64,000 nucleotides of DNA, taken from Octopus sinensis (taxonomy: Eukaryota). The position numbers and the translations under genes were made by a program. The notes beneath the pieces are model-generated. The model ran no database searches, was not told the origin of the DNA, and was given only the letters and a program-made list of their open reading frames with translations. Positions within the stretch are counted from its first letter, which is position 1. Every line of letters starts with the position of its first letter. The stretch spans positions 44,466,464-44,530,463 of the forward strand of contig NC_043011.1 in the NCBI RefSeq assembly GCF_006345805.1. The letters run 5' to 3'. Positions 24,512 through 37,176 of the stretch are shown in pieces.

Positions 24512-24867
24512 GCCACTACCTCATCAACTTTCTGGCTCTGTTACACATATCGATTCTCTATCTCTTTCACTTCTTCCCTCCTCCAACGCCTACCTACCAC
24601 CACCACCACCACCACACAATCTCCCACTTCCCCAACCAGCTCTGTGTACAGTAAACAATAACATCACGCTCACACACACACACACACACACTCACACACA
24701 TATACACACATGCACAAGAACACACATGCACCCATTGTGTGTGATGCTTTGTTTTTCCTTGTTCTGCTTTTAATCCTCTCATTGCACTCTCCCTAACCTG
24801 ATGCCCTAACCTAGAGAGCAGATTAATTACATACACACAGGCATACACACTCACACACTCACACGCA

Positions 24868-24911
<44 letters not shown>

Positions 24912-25004
24912 AACACACACAAAGAGGATAACATACACATGGAAACACAGTCACATACGCGCACATATACACTAAAAAGAATACAAACATTAAGATAAGA
25001 AATT

Positions 25005-25265
25005 GGAGGCACGTGGTTTAGTGGTTAGGGTGTCAGCACACTGATCGTAAGATTGTGGTCTCGATTCCTGGACCGGGGGTGACGCGTTGTGTTTTTGAGC
25101 AAAACACTTCATTTCACTTTGCTCCAGTCCACCCAGCAGGCAAAAATGAGTAACGCTGCGATGGACGGGCGTCCCGTCCAGCTGGGGAACACATACGCCA
25201 TTGAAACGAGGAAACCGGGCCCATGAGCCTGGCTAGGCTTTAAAAGGGCGCATTTATTTTATTTT
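25005..25265 (+). mobile_element. tRNA-derived SINE (head D + tail D)
   Basis: ggaggcacgtggtttagtggttaggg...tcgattcctggacc head; tail gatggacgggcgtcccgtccagctgggg...catgagcctggctaggc. Confidence 0.85.
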
Positions 25266-25285
25266 AATATATGAAAACATACATA

Positions 25286-25456
25286 GGCGCAGGAGTGGCT
25301 GTGTGGTAAGTAGCTTGCTAACCAACCACATGGTTCCGGGTTCAGTCCCACTGCGTGGCATCTTGGGCAAGTGTCTTCTGCTATAGTCCCGGGCCGACCA
25401 ATGCCTTGTGAGTGAATTTGGTAGACGGAAACTGAAAGAAGCCTGTCGTATATATG

Positions 25457-25487
<31 letters not shown>

Positions 25488-25688
25488 TTGTGTGTGTGTT
25501 TGTCCCCCTAGCATTGCTTGACAACCGATGCTGGTGTGTTTACGTCCCCGTCACTTAGCGGTTCGGAAAAAGAGACCGATAGAATAAGTACTGGGCTTAC
25601 AAAGAATAAGTCCCGGTGTCGATTTGCTCGACTAAAGGCGGTGCTCCAGCATGGCCGCAGTCAAATGACTGAAACAAGTAAAAGAGTA
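25286..25688 (+). mobile_element. Full-length SINE-A
   Basis: tRNA-like head ggcgcaggagtggctgtgtggtaag...ggttcagtccc, internal microsatellite, tail cagtcaaatgactgaaacaagtaaaaga. Confidence 0.93.
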
Positions 25689-25830
25689 TACGTACATACA
25701 CAAACTACACACAAGCACTCACACTCACTCACACACATATATAAAGCCACATGCCCATGACGATGCACACACTTACATACGCGTATAGATAAACAGTCAT
25801 ACACACATACTGATATAAGGTAACATATAA

Positions 25831-26043
25831 GGCGAAGAGCTGGCCGAATTGTTAGCGCGCTGGGTAAAATGCTTAACAGCATTCGTCAGTTTTCACGTTC
25901 TGAGTTCAAATTCCGCCGAGGCCGATTCTGTCTTTTATCCTCTCGGAGCTGATGAAATAAGTACCAGTTGTATACTGAGGTCGAGGCAATCGATTTACTC
26001 CTCCCCAAAAATTGCTGGCCTTGTGCCAAAATTTGAAACCAAT
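25831..26043 (+). mobile_element. SINE-B variant (alternative tail ggccttgtgccaaaatttgaaacc)
   Basis: Head ggcgaagagctggccg...gagttcaaattccgccgagg. Confidence 0.85.
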
Positions 26044-26355
26044 ATAAACAAATACATATGGACATATTAAGAAAGAACACATACATATACAGTTACAAAC
26101 AGTTTCACACATACACACACACATTATCGAAACATTTAAAATGTGAATTGCCCTCCGCCATTTTCGACAAGGATTCGCTTATGCCATCAATTGAATGACC
26201 TACTTATTAAATTAGCATATAAGTGGCTGAGTACTTCACATAAGGTCAAGCAACTGACAAGCAAATCGTGGTATTTACTGTTGCCCATCTTTTACATTTC
26301 CAGTCAGTTGCAGATCAGAAGCCATGAGATCCTCTGCCTGGTACAGCTTCAAAGA

Positions 26356-26396
<41 letters not shown>

Positions 26397-26428
26397 GATT
26401 ATTCATCATCATCATCATCATATTATTA

Positions 26429-26489
<61 letters not shown>

Positions 26490-26575
26490 ATATATTATTA
26501 TTATTATTATCATTATTATTATTATTATTATTATCATTATTTTATTATTATTATATTATTATTATTATTTCATTA

Positions 26576-26992
26576 TTCAGTAGTTTATTTTTATAGCGTG
26601 CTTTCACTTCACTACCGAGCGCAGCTCTGTGTGCCTTGGGTATGTGCTGTGATTTGTTGTGATGCTCTGATGGTTATTGTATGGAAAGTGTTCTACGTAG
26701 GATGTGTGCAGTGCCTAGTAGTGCAATTTTCTGTATGTTATATGTGTTTGTAAGTCCTGCTGTTTTTGTTATGTATTCGTCTGAATATTTTTTATCATGC
26801 CTAATGCACCTACTATGATAGGGATTGTTTCTGTTTTTAGATTCCACATTCTGGTTACCTCTATTTCCAGGTCTTTGTATTTTGAATTTCTCCATTTCTT
26901 TAGAGAAACGTTGTCATCTGCCGGTATGATACATCAATTAGAAAGCATTTTTTTCTTCATGATCTCTGACAACTATATCTGGTCTGTTGGCC
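26576..26992 (-). mobile_element. R4/Dong-clade LINE 3' fragment (RLE domain + 3' UTR)
   Basis: Minus strand NRPDIVVRD..CFLIDVSIPADDNV..KYKDLEIE..IPIIVGALGMIK..ALLGTAHILRRTLSIQ (frameshifted); flanked by (TAA)n. Confidence 0.9.
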
Positions 26993-27005
26993 TTAATTTC
27001 TATTA

Positions 27006-27042
<37 letters not shown>

Positions 27043-27059
27043 TTATCATTATGTATTAC

Positions 27060-27124
<65 letters not shown>

Positions 27125-27167
27125 CATTATTATTATTATTATTATTATTATATATTATATTATTATT

Positions 27168-27712
27168 GAGTGAGAGAGCAGTGCATGCCATCAAAGTGAC
27201 TCAGGGGTAAAATATACGAAGCCCTGTATAGCCATCATGACTACCCGTCTGATAAGGGTACACCAGGCACATGCATCACAACCATATGTGCGCGACATGG
27301 TGATCTCACACCAAGATAAACAGCACATGACTTTGCAGGTGGGGCCCAGTTAGAATTTTCTTCTGGTCGAGTAGCCCATCCTGCTCAAAAGGTCCCTGAA
27401 TAAGGATTGTTTAAGGATGTTGAACGAAGCACCCATGTTTCCAAAGGTGAATTATCCAAACCTCTAAGAATTCCTTTTAACACACAGCCATGATGCTCCC
27501 CCATTACTTCTGCTTGTGATCAGAGATGCACATATCGTCGGCCACCAAAGGACATGCTCAACTGGTTACGGTCAAACAACTGACAGGCAAATCTCTGGTA
27601 TTGAACAGAATATTTGCTGTAGCCCATCTTTTATACCAAGACAAAACAATGTACATGATAACGCTTCCAATCAGTTAAGATCAGAAGCTATGAGAGCCAC
27701 TGGTTGGTACTG
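27168..27712 (-). mobile_element. Full copy of the (TAA)n-embedded non-autonomous element
   Basis: Colinear with 5371-5926; ATT tracts on both sides. Confidence 0.9.
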
Positions 27713-27717
27713 TTTAA

Positions 27718-27779
<62 letters not shown>

Positions 27780-28032
27780 TCTGAGTTAATAAAAATACAG
27801 TATCAGTCAAGTATTGGGGCCAATGTAATCGACTAATATCCCTCCTTATAATTGCAGGGTTTGTATCTAACCTAGAAACAATTCTCCTCTTTCCCGTTCT
27901 CCTCCTCTTTCTCCTCCTCTCCTTCTTCATCATCATCGTTATTTATACGCTTTACCACGACATCTGTTAAGATCAGGAGCCACGAGAGCCACTGCCTGGT
28001 ACTGCATCAGAGCATTTATCATCATCATCATT

Positions 28033-28076
<44 letters not shown>

Positions 28077-28755
28077 TATTATTATTATTGGGGTTTTTTT
28101 TATGTTTAACAATATTACGTATTTTAATGTTCCAGTTTGGTACATTGCGAATTTGAGTTTTCTTGCCACCGAATTGATATATATAACCAGGATTTGGTAC
28201 ATTCTTTAATGAAGCGAAACTGATTGATTCTTATTCTGATCTTGAGACAGCAGAACACTGTTTTTCAGCATCTTGCTAGCTTGGTTAACCAGGTACAATA
28301 TTGTTAATTTAAATTCATTTTTTAAAATGTTTTCAGGATTAAAAATTAGCCTAATTTGAGTCCCTATGAAAGCAAGACATGTATAATTAGTCTATATTGA
28401 GTCTCATCGTGAAAGTAGATTAAGGAATTAAATCAGAGTCTTTGGGCAGTATAAAATGTGGATAGTTTCGCTCTTTTTTAAAGTCTCATCAGAAATCGCA
28501 TATCTTTGTCTGCGAAGCTGAAGTAGGGAACAACTTAGAGAAAATGGGAATAAAACTACGAGTAGCACAACTTAATGTATTCAATGATACTATGCTTAGT
28601 TGTAGCTCTACAATATTTGTACGTGATTTCTTGTGGAACCGAAGAAGATAAACACTGATGAGACTTGATTGAAAGAAGAAACTCTATTTGATCCTCATTC
28701 TAAGTTGCTGAAATTTCCTGTGGTTAGACGACAAGGGTGTAATTCAATAACATAT

Positions 28756-29137
28756 GGAGCACTCCGTCGGTTACGACGATGAGGGTCCCAGCTGATACGA
28801 TCAACGGAACAGCCTGCTCGTGGAATTAACGTGCAAGTGGCTGAGCACTCCACAGACACGTGTACCCTTAACGTAGTTCTCGAGGAGATTCAGCGTGACA
28901 CAGAGTGTGACAAGGCTGGCCCTTTGAAATACATGTACAACAGAAACAGGAAGAAAGAGTGAGAGAAAGTTGTGGTGAAAGAGTACAGCAGGGTTCACCA
29001 TCACCCACTGCTGGAACCTCGTGGAGCTTTAGGTGTTTTCGCTCAATAAACACTCACAACGCCCGGTCTGGGAATCGAAACCGCGATCCTACGACCGCGA
29101 GTCCGCTGCCCTAACCACTGGGCCATTGCGCCTCCAC
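28756..29137 (-). mobile_element. tRNA-derived SINE (head C + tail C)
   Basis: Minus head ggaggcgcaatggcccagtggttagggcagcggactcgc...ttcgattccc; 10-bp flanking repeat aattcaataa (28741, 29139). Confidence 0.9.
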
Positions 29138-29943
29138 AATTCAATAATAAAGTTAAATATATATTTATTAAACACATGGCTGTAAAGCTGTCGACATGTT
29201 TATTGCTAGCCATGCTGTGTCGGTTCAACTGATAAACAGGACACCCACACGTCACTTATAAACTTACTTCACATAAAATGAACACGTAATGCTCGGCACA
29301 AGTGCTTTTCATTAAATATATATTACACATATGTTAAACAATCTTGCGTTAATGTTTGTGTCCGACATTTTGGATACTTTAAAGCTATCTAAACAAAACT
29401 CCATCCAATCTTGTTAAGATGGCGACTATATACACCAACAAATACATTCGGGAAGTTTTCCATTACTTTTTCAGTTTCCTTGTTGCTTTAATCGGATTTT
29501 TTTCTTGCATCTTTTTTTAAAGTGCGAAAGGGGTTGTCTCTCTTTCTTTTTTTCTCTCTCTATCTTTCTTCCTCTCACGTGTTTTTCTCTCTCCTTCTCT
29601 CTCTCTCTCTCTTCTTCTTCTCTCGTTTTCTTTCCTTCTTTCTTTCTCTTGAAAATGTTTCCTTTTAAATATTTATGCTTCTGTCATCATGTTTAAACGT
29701 TGGAGAACAACAACAACAACAACAACAACAAGAATAACAACGGTAACTCCAATTGCAACATGATCATTGACAGCAATAGCAGCAGCAGCTCTTCCTACCC
29801 CCACGGGGTACCGGAAGGAAGGACCAAGCAATAACTAAATCAACCAAGATATTCATACAGACATATATTTAGAATATTTGGAAAATGTTGTGGCCTTTGA
29901 GTAATAAATCTAACGTCTACCTAAGATACACAGATATTCCTAA

Positions 29944-30343
29944 GGTGGGGAGCTGGCAGAAACGTTAGCACGCCGGGAGAAATGCTTAGCGGTATTTCGT
30001 CTGCCGCTACGTTCTGAGTTCAAATTCCACCAAGGTCGACTTTCCCTTTCATCCTTTCGGGGTCGATTAAATAAGTACCAGTTACGCACTGGGGTCATTA
30101 TAATCGACTTAATCCGTTTGTCTGTCCTCTCTGTGTGTAGCCCCTTGTGGGTAGTAAAGAAATAGGTATTTCGTCTGCCGCTACGTTCTGAGTTCAAATT
30201 CCACCGAGGTCGACTTTGCCTTTCATCCTTTCGAGGTCGATAAATTAAGTACCAGTTACGCACTGGGGTCGATGTAATCGACATAATCCCTTTGTCTGTC
30301 CTTGTTTTTCCTCTCTATGTTTAGCCCCTTGTGGGCAATAAAG
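29944..30343 (+). mobile_element. Tandem-dimeric SINE-B
   Basis: The second unit starts mid-head at junction aaagaaata|ggtatttcgtctgcc (30156-30173). Confidence 0.9.
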
Positions 30344-30559
30344 GCTACCGCAGCTGTACTATACAACACTACAGGGCTAAATTTGACGATTTTTTAATCT
30401 CCTGTTTTTTTTTTGTTTTTTTTTCGGGAACAGCTTGATGTATTGTGAACCATCAACGGTGTTGAAGAGCATAACGATTAGGGTTGTTGTTAGAAAGTGT
30501 TAGCTGACAAGGAGGAGTGAGTATTAGAAAAGAGGTATCTGCATCTTGATGATTTACGC

Positions 30560-31590
30560 CGAGTACCAAAATGCTGGCGTCACGACTGCTATTCAATGTT
30601 CTGTCAACACTGTAAAGGATGTGAGACGTGGAGTGAGCAGCTGCAACAGAGACTATGAAGCCGTGGCCAGCAAGAGGGGATAAATCAAGTGTTCTGATTG
30701 CGGCCGCACGCTGGAATTCACGCCCATGTATTTGAACAGGGCCTTAGACTTAATCAGGTTTAAATTCATGTGAAGCCGCTAAAGACCGTGGTCAAACCCT
30801 GGCTAGAGGCTCGAAACCCAGAGTTAGATTCCAGCAACACTTTCTTCGAGATAACTAGAAAACAGCTGGGCAGTATTCTGGTAGAGAACTTTTCCCAGGA
30901 TGGATAGGAGAGATAAGCTACGATAGCTCCCACAAATGCTGTGATCTCCGTTCTTAAAGAAAGTAACTATCAGGGAATTCTTTATATATGTAGTTACTAT
31001 TTAGCATTGTTCTTAAAGACTGACCACAATTTTCTGTACATTCCAGTAGGATTTTGTCTGGATCAAGTGACTTCATCTTTTCGATGGCATTTCTGAATTC
31101 ACGAAAAAATGTGGAGTTCGACATCCACAGTTGAGGAGAATGTTGAAGTACTCTTCTGAGAAACTCTTCCGTTTCTGTTAAGCTCCTGTTTGGAAAAGTG
31201 CTCAAGAATTCCTTCCAGTGGCTCAGGATATTTTGGTTGTCAGTAAGAATGTTGCCATCGTCGGCAGGCTTCAAAGAACACGCTAAAGCTTGGGATATGC
31301 CGTGTAGTTATTTTTAGTACCGGTGTAGAGATTTCTAAGGCCCCTGGCGTCTGCACATCGTTGAAGCTTAATGACCTTTTCTATCTACCACTTGTTTTGA
31401 ATCTCTCTGACCTACGTTTGACATAATTGTTTTGAGATCTTGGCAGCGTTTTTCTTCGTTTGAAATGGGATCTTCTTGAAAGGATACATCAGCATCTCTT
31501 TTAACATTGATGGCATTTGAGATTTCTTCGTTGCTTTCATCGAAATAATCCTTGATCTTCCTTTTCATGAAACCAATGATATTCTCAGCA
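30560..31590 (-). mobile_element. Decayed RTE-clade LINE fragment (linker + start of RT)
   Basis: Motifs KRKIKDYFDESNEEI, DGNILTDNQNILSHWKEF and FKNGDHSICGSYRSLSLLSILGK; many lesions. Confidence 0.8.
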
Positions 31591-31703
31591 GCTTCTTGGA
31601 TGAAGTCTCAAATTGCTGTCCACTCTTCACTTTTGAAGTATTCTTGGAATTTTTCAGCTTAGTTTTGAAGTTAATATATATAAATAAAAACATACAAATG
31701 CAT

Positions 31704-31786
<83 letters not shown>

Positions 31787-31894
31787 TGTATGTATGTATA
31801 TATAAATGTATGTATATATATATATGTATGTAGGTATTTTTATATAGTTATATATATATATATATAATATATATATTATATATATATATATTTT

Positions 31895-32472
31895 AATTAA
31901 TCAATTTAGGGTAGCAAAAGATTCAATAGAAATTTATCACTACCAGCTGTCTAGTGGGAAAGAGAAAATAGTCAAAGACTATATATATAAATTCAACAAC
32001 AATTAAGGAATGGCCTTAATAGGCCATTCGTCCACTAGAAAAAGCAGCCAGGACTCAAACCGCTAAGTAGTAGTAATTCAGAAATTAAATGAAAATTTAA
32101 AAACATTTACCCTAATTCATCTTTAGACGATGCATCGTTTCGGTGTTTTTAATGGCAAACCAGCTTAATTAAATTAAATTAAGTCAATCTACCAAAGGCT
32201 ACACCTCATCGGTAAAGAAGGCAGGAGAGACGGATATACACGAGGCATCTGTATCAATGCCCTAGGAATATCTGCCCTAAAATTTTCAAAACCATCGTAT
32301 TCGCGCCAACTTATCAGCAGCAAATATAAACTGCTGATTCAATCTCAGAATTAGTCAGAAAATCATCAATTAATCAATTTAGGGTAGCAAAAAATTCAAT
32401 AGAAATTTATCGCTACCAGCGGTCTAGTGGGAAAGAGAAAATAGTCAAAGACTATATATATAAATTCAACAA
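31895..32472 (-). mobile_element. Hammerhead-bearing 473-bp unit with 105-bp direct terminal repeats (retrozyme/Penelope pLTR-like)
   Basis: Direct repeats 31895-31999 and 32368-32472 (3 mismatches); hammerhead fold at 32120-32218. Confidence 0.75.
32120..32218 (-). ncRNA. Type I hammerhead ribozyme motif (U4C in this copy)
   Basis: UCUUUA-CCGAUGA-GGUGU...ACACC-GAA-ACGAUGCAUCGU-C-UAAAGA: 6-bp stem I, 5-bp plus extended stem II, 12-nt palindromic stem III, GUC site. Confidence 0.75.
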
Positions 32473-33132
32473 TATATATATATGCATATATACATAGACA
32501 AATACCAGTGTGTGTCTGTATATGCAATGTGTGTTGTGTTCTGTGTGTGTACGTGTATACAATTCCATGCGCACACATACTCACAAACACAATGTCGACA
32601 GTGACTTCGAAGTTTCGGTAGTGGCGAGTTTCGTCAAACTACTTGTTCTTCCGTTGTTACTGATACCAGTTATATTTCTAAGTCCATCGGGGGAAATTTC
32701 CGGAAGTCAAAAATTGGGAAAAAAATAAATACATTAAATGTAGCTACCAAAAGTTTCTGGGAAATGAGATAGTGCGATGGTTATTGTGCGAGATCAAATG
32801 TCTGAGACAGATGTGGCGGAATTAGTGTATACGCTGAATCGAAAAAAATACTATAACCAGTAAATCTGAGATAGATTTCATTGGCGCCAAATCTCTATTG
32901 GAATAGATCTGGCGAAAATCACTCATGAATAAAAGAATGCACTGTCTGCCCGACGAACACCATTTATACATCAATATACATAATACATTCACTTACATAC
33001 ACGGTCAGACATATTAACACATAGACATACACGTAATGTGTGTCTGTGTGTGTGTATACATACACATTCTTTTCTATACATATGTGTATCCACAGAACCG
33101 TATATATGTGTGTGTGTATCTGTGTGTTGTAT

Positions 33133-33165
<33 letters not shown>

Positions 33166-33187
33166 CATGTGTATATATATATATTTA

Positions 33188-33418
33188 GGCGGCGAGCAGG
33201 CAGAAACGTTAGCACGCCGGGCGAAATGCGTTGCCGTATTTCGTCTGCCGTTACGTTCCGAGTTCAAATTCCACCGAGGTCGACTTTGCTTTTCATCCTT
33301 CCGGGGTCGATAAATTAAGTACCAGTTACGCACTGGGGTCGATGTAATCGACTTAATCCCTTTGTCTGTCCTTGTTTGTCTCCTCTGTGTTTATCCCCTT
33401 GTGGGTAGTAAAGAAATA
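33188..33418 (+). mobile_element. Full-length SINE-B in a TA tract
   Basis: ggcggcgagcaggcagaaacg...gtgggtagtaaagaaata. Confidence 0.93.
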
Positions 33419-34009
33419 TATATATATACATGTGTGTGTACGTGTGTATGCGTGTGTGTGTCTGTGTATATGTGCGTGTATATGATATGAGATGCGTGTG
33501 TGTGTGTGTGTATCATATGCACAGACTTTAAATGTGACCTGCTATTAGTTTCATGCCTCTTTAAATACAATGGTCGGAAAAGTTTGTATCGCGTGTCGTG
33601 TATTTCTAAGCAATCATTCAGAAACATGGAACTCATAGTAGCTCGCATTTAAATCTTGTGTATATTAAATGGCCTTTATCTCTCATTGGATGCAGCATTT
33701 TTTGCTGATCCCACCAGTAACAGAACAGTACATTCTCTGTGTGTGAGTGTGAGATAGGAAAAGAGAGAGAGAGAGAGAGGAAGATGGATGGAGAGAAAGT
33801 GAGTGTGTGTACAATGCAATGCTATAGACCCATTTTAGCCGATCTTATCAATCAGTTTCATAGACAAGTTAGGGTTCGGAGAAAACCCAGAACCAATGCT
33901 CATCAGGGGCTCTTAAATGGTCAGTATGGTGACGGTTCTGTACAGTAGCAGACAGCCGTTGTCATACATACTTGCATACATACATACATAGGAAGAATTC
34001 GCAAAAAAC

Positions 34010-34170
34010 CGAAGACAGGTGGTGTAGACAAGAAACAGATGTATTAGTATAACGCTCGGGAAGTGAAAAAGTCTTTAACGTTTCGAGCCTACGCTCTTCC
34101 ACAGAAAGGAACACAGAAAGAAACAAGGAGAGAAAATAAAGAATGTGTAGTGGCTAGCGATCTATCATGG
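34010..34170 (-). mobile_element. CUGUNGA hammerhead-like repeat, best-formed copy (motif 34071-34109)
   Basis: CCUUU-CUGUGGA-A-GAGC(GUAG)GCUC-GAAAC-GUU-AAAGAC. Confidence 0.7.
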
Positions 34171-34171
34171 C

Positions 34172-34203
<32 letters not shown>

Positions 34204-34249
34204 CATACATACATACATACATACATACATACATACATAAATAGCCTCA

Positions 34250-36195
34250 TTCATGGCTGTTGAAGTGCCTACATCTGGCAAAGATACCTACAACCTTAAT
34301 TGCTGCTATAGAGAGACTCACAAATACATGGACAACAATTCTTACCCTTACAACTGAGAACAGAATAATTGTTTCTAATAGTATGGGCGTTTCAAAGGGA
34401 ATATTCCTGGGAGATAGTCTTTCTGTACTTCTTTTCATTTTTGGCACTGAATCCATTATCGTTCCTACTGCAGAAAACAAATGGTTATATGCTAGGATCT
34501 TCAATTGCCAGGAATATCAATGTAACTTAAAATTTCTTTGTAGATGACTGGAAGATTTATGCTAAAAGTGTTAACAATGCCAAAAACCAACTGGAATTTA
34601 TAACATTTTCAGCTGATATAGGCATGGAATTTGGCCAAAAGAAATGTTCATATTTAGTTATAGAAAGAGTAAAGTCAGTCCCCCAAACCCAAAACCTGTG
34701 CATCAACGGTCTCTCTATCTCCCCCGTTCCACATAAAAAGTGTTACAAGTACTTAGGCATGGACGAAAATGCATCATATGAAGGCACTGTGAATAAAAAT
34801 AGAGTGGCCCAAGAATATTACACCAGCCCTAGGAAAATATGGAAGGCGGAACTCTCCTCTTACAACAAAACAATATCCCACAATGCATTTGCAGTACCAG
34901 TGCTGATCCCAACATTTGGGAGACTTGATTGGTCTGTCGAGAAAATCCACTCAGTAGATATCAAAACCCGCAAAATCCAGACAACTGGGAAATTCCGCAG
35001 AAACAGTAATGTTGACAGGCTCTATCTAAGAAGAAATGAAGGTGGTAGAGGCCTGAGATGAGTGCAGATGGCTTTTGGATAACGTATGGTATCACTCAGG
35101 CAGCACCTGCTACACAACAGCAGCAAAAATAAATATATTAATGCAGTCCTGAAAAGTTAAGCGAGCAACATTGTACGAGTTGCCATTGAACTCCTCAAGA
35201 AACACTCTCTTCCTAATTATCTCCTATACAGCCCCAAAACAGCTGGGCTCTCTTACCTCAGAGAAGACCTGGATGGAAAGCACTCAGCATACAAAGAGAC
35301 CATGCATGGGTATGTTGCCCGGATGCTTGAAGAAGACAGTAGAAGTGACACGAAGCGCAGCCTCTCTTGAACACAAGACCACTACATCACATCACACTTT
35401 GAAGGCTATGTGTTTTCGATCCAGGAACAGAGGATTGCCATACAGAACCTGGTGAATAAGAGAGACAGTGATGCTCTTGTAATCCCAAGGTGCAACCGCA
35501 TGTGTAGGCTATGTCATGTTTCTGTGGAAGACATTACACATGTGATTAGCAGCTGTCCTAACATGTCGTCACGGTACTACCTCCCTATGTGGTACGATGT
35601 TGTTGCTAAAACAATTTACAATGACATCCGCTAAAAAGATTGTCTTGAAATAAACTGAGAAAATCCCTCTGTTATGGAATATATTTATAAACACCAACTC
35701 AAGGAATACTGGTGGAATAATCCCATCAAAATTTCTGTCAAATGTAAGCGTAACATGTCGGATATTGTTGTTTGGCACAGAGAGGCAAAAGAATGTACCA
35801 TCATAGAGATTAACTGCCCTGCAGATATAAATATCTCTTTGAAAATCAAAGAGAAAGAGGATAATCTATGGACAACTACTTCGAAACCTCCAGCTTCTAT
35901 ATCCAGACTATGAATTCATATTCATACCAATAATAACTAGAGCACTAGGTTTTGTTAGTAAATGATTAAATGAGATAAACTGGATAAACTGGGATTTTCA
36001 GAAAGAGAAACTGATCGGCTGATTCGTACATTACAAGTACAATCTGTGAGTGGAACAGTAAAAATATGCAAGACTTTTCTCAAGTTCCAAATGTGAATTT
36101 GTCCGTGTTAACTACATCCCAAAGATGGAGCCGTGTATCTTTGCTGGAAACCGGCTCCCTCATCAGTGGAAGATTTATAATAATTAAATAATAGA
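34250..36195 (+). mobile_element. Older decayed R4/Dong-clade LINE (RT to RLE and 3' UTR)
   Basis: Motifs GIFLGDSLSVLLF, FVDD, MEFGQKKC, YKYLG, RLYLRRNEGGRGL, CRLCHVSVEDITHVISSC, and the KICKTFL end; taataattaaataat tail. Confidence 0.88.
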
Positions 36196-36302
36196 AGAGA
36201 CATACATACATACATACATACATACATACATACATACATACATACATACATACATACATACATACATACACCTAGAGAGAAAGTGAGAGAAATAGAGAAA
36301 TA

Positions 36303-36474
36303 CAGACAGACGAACAGCGACAGAGAGCATACATACATCCATATGTGTATATGGTGTGTGTGTGTATACATATGGATGTATGTATGTATGCATATGCAAT
36401 TATACAAAAATATATATATATACATATATGCACACATACAGACATGTACACACATACACACACATACATATATA

Positions 36475-36515
<41 letters not shown>

Positions 36516-36634
36516 TATACATACACTTAAAAGATATATATGCATACCAATCGAAACATATCTTGTGGGTCTGCATGTATATATATACATATACATATAT
36601 ATAATATAATATATAGTGTGTGTGTGTGTGTGTG

Positions 36635-36680
<46 letters not shown>

Positions 36681-36681
36681 G

Positions 36682-36754
<73 letters not shown>

Positions 36755-37066
36755 CATGCATACATATAACATGCATATTTACATATATACATGCATATAT
36801 ACATGCATATATATATACATGCATACAAGATATGTTTCGATTGATATGCATATATATCTTTTACGTGTATGTATATTTTTAAATATATATATATATATAT
36901 AGTTATATATATGAATGTGTGTGTGTGTGTGTACACGTCTGTATGTGTGCATATATGTATATATATATATTTTTGTATAATTGTATATACATCCATATAC
37001 ACACACACACACATATATATACACATATGGATGTATGTATGCTCTCTGTCGCTGTTCGTCTGTCTG
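36303..37066. repeat. Local inverted duplication (~280-bp arms)
   Basis: 36303-36590 is the reverse complement of ~36805-37066. Unique anchors are cagacgaacagcgacagagagc and atcgaaacatatcttgt. Confidence 0.9.
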
Positions 37067-37145
37067 TCTGTCTGTCTCTGTGTGTGTGTATCCATATATA
37101 CATGTATTATGTATGCATGTATGCATGTATCCATGTATGTATGTG

Positions 37146-37176
<31 letters not shown>

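Noticed and set aside
28470-28700. Two inverted CTGATGAGACTT motifs each followed by a GAAAC
   Set aside because: Stem II is poor and there is no cleavage triplet or stem I.
32695-32920. ETS (ccggaagt) and E2F-like (ttggcgccaa, tggcgaaaa) motifs as a promoter
   Set aside because: No adjacent gene start is identifiable; motifs alone are insufficient.
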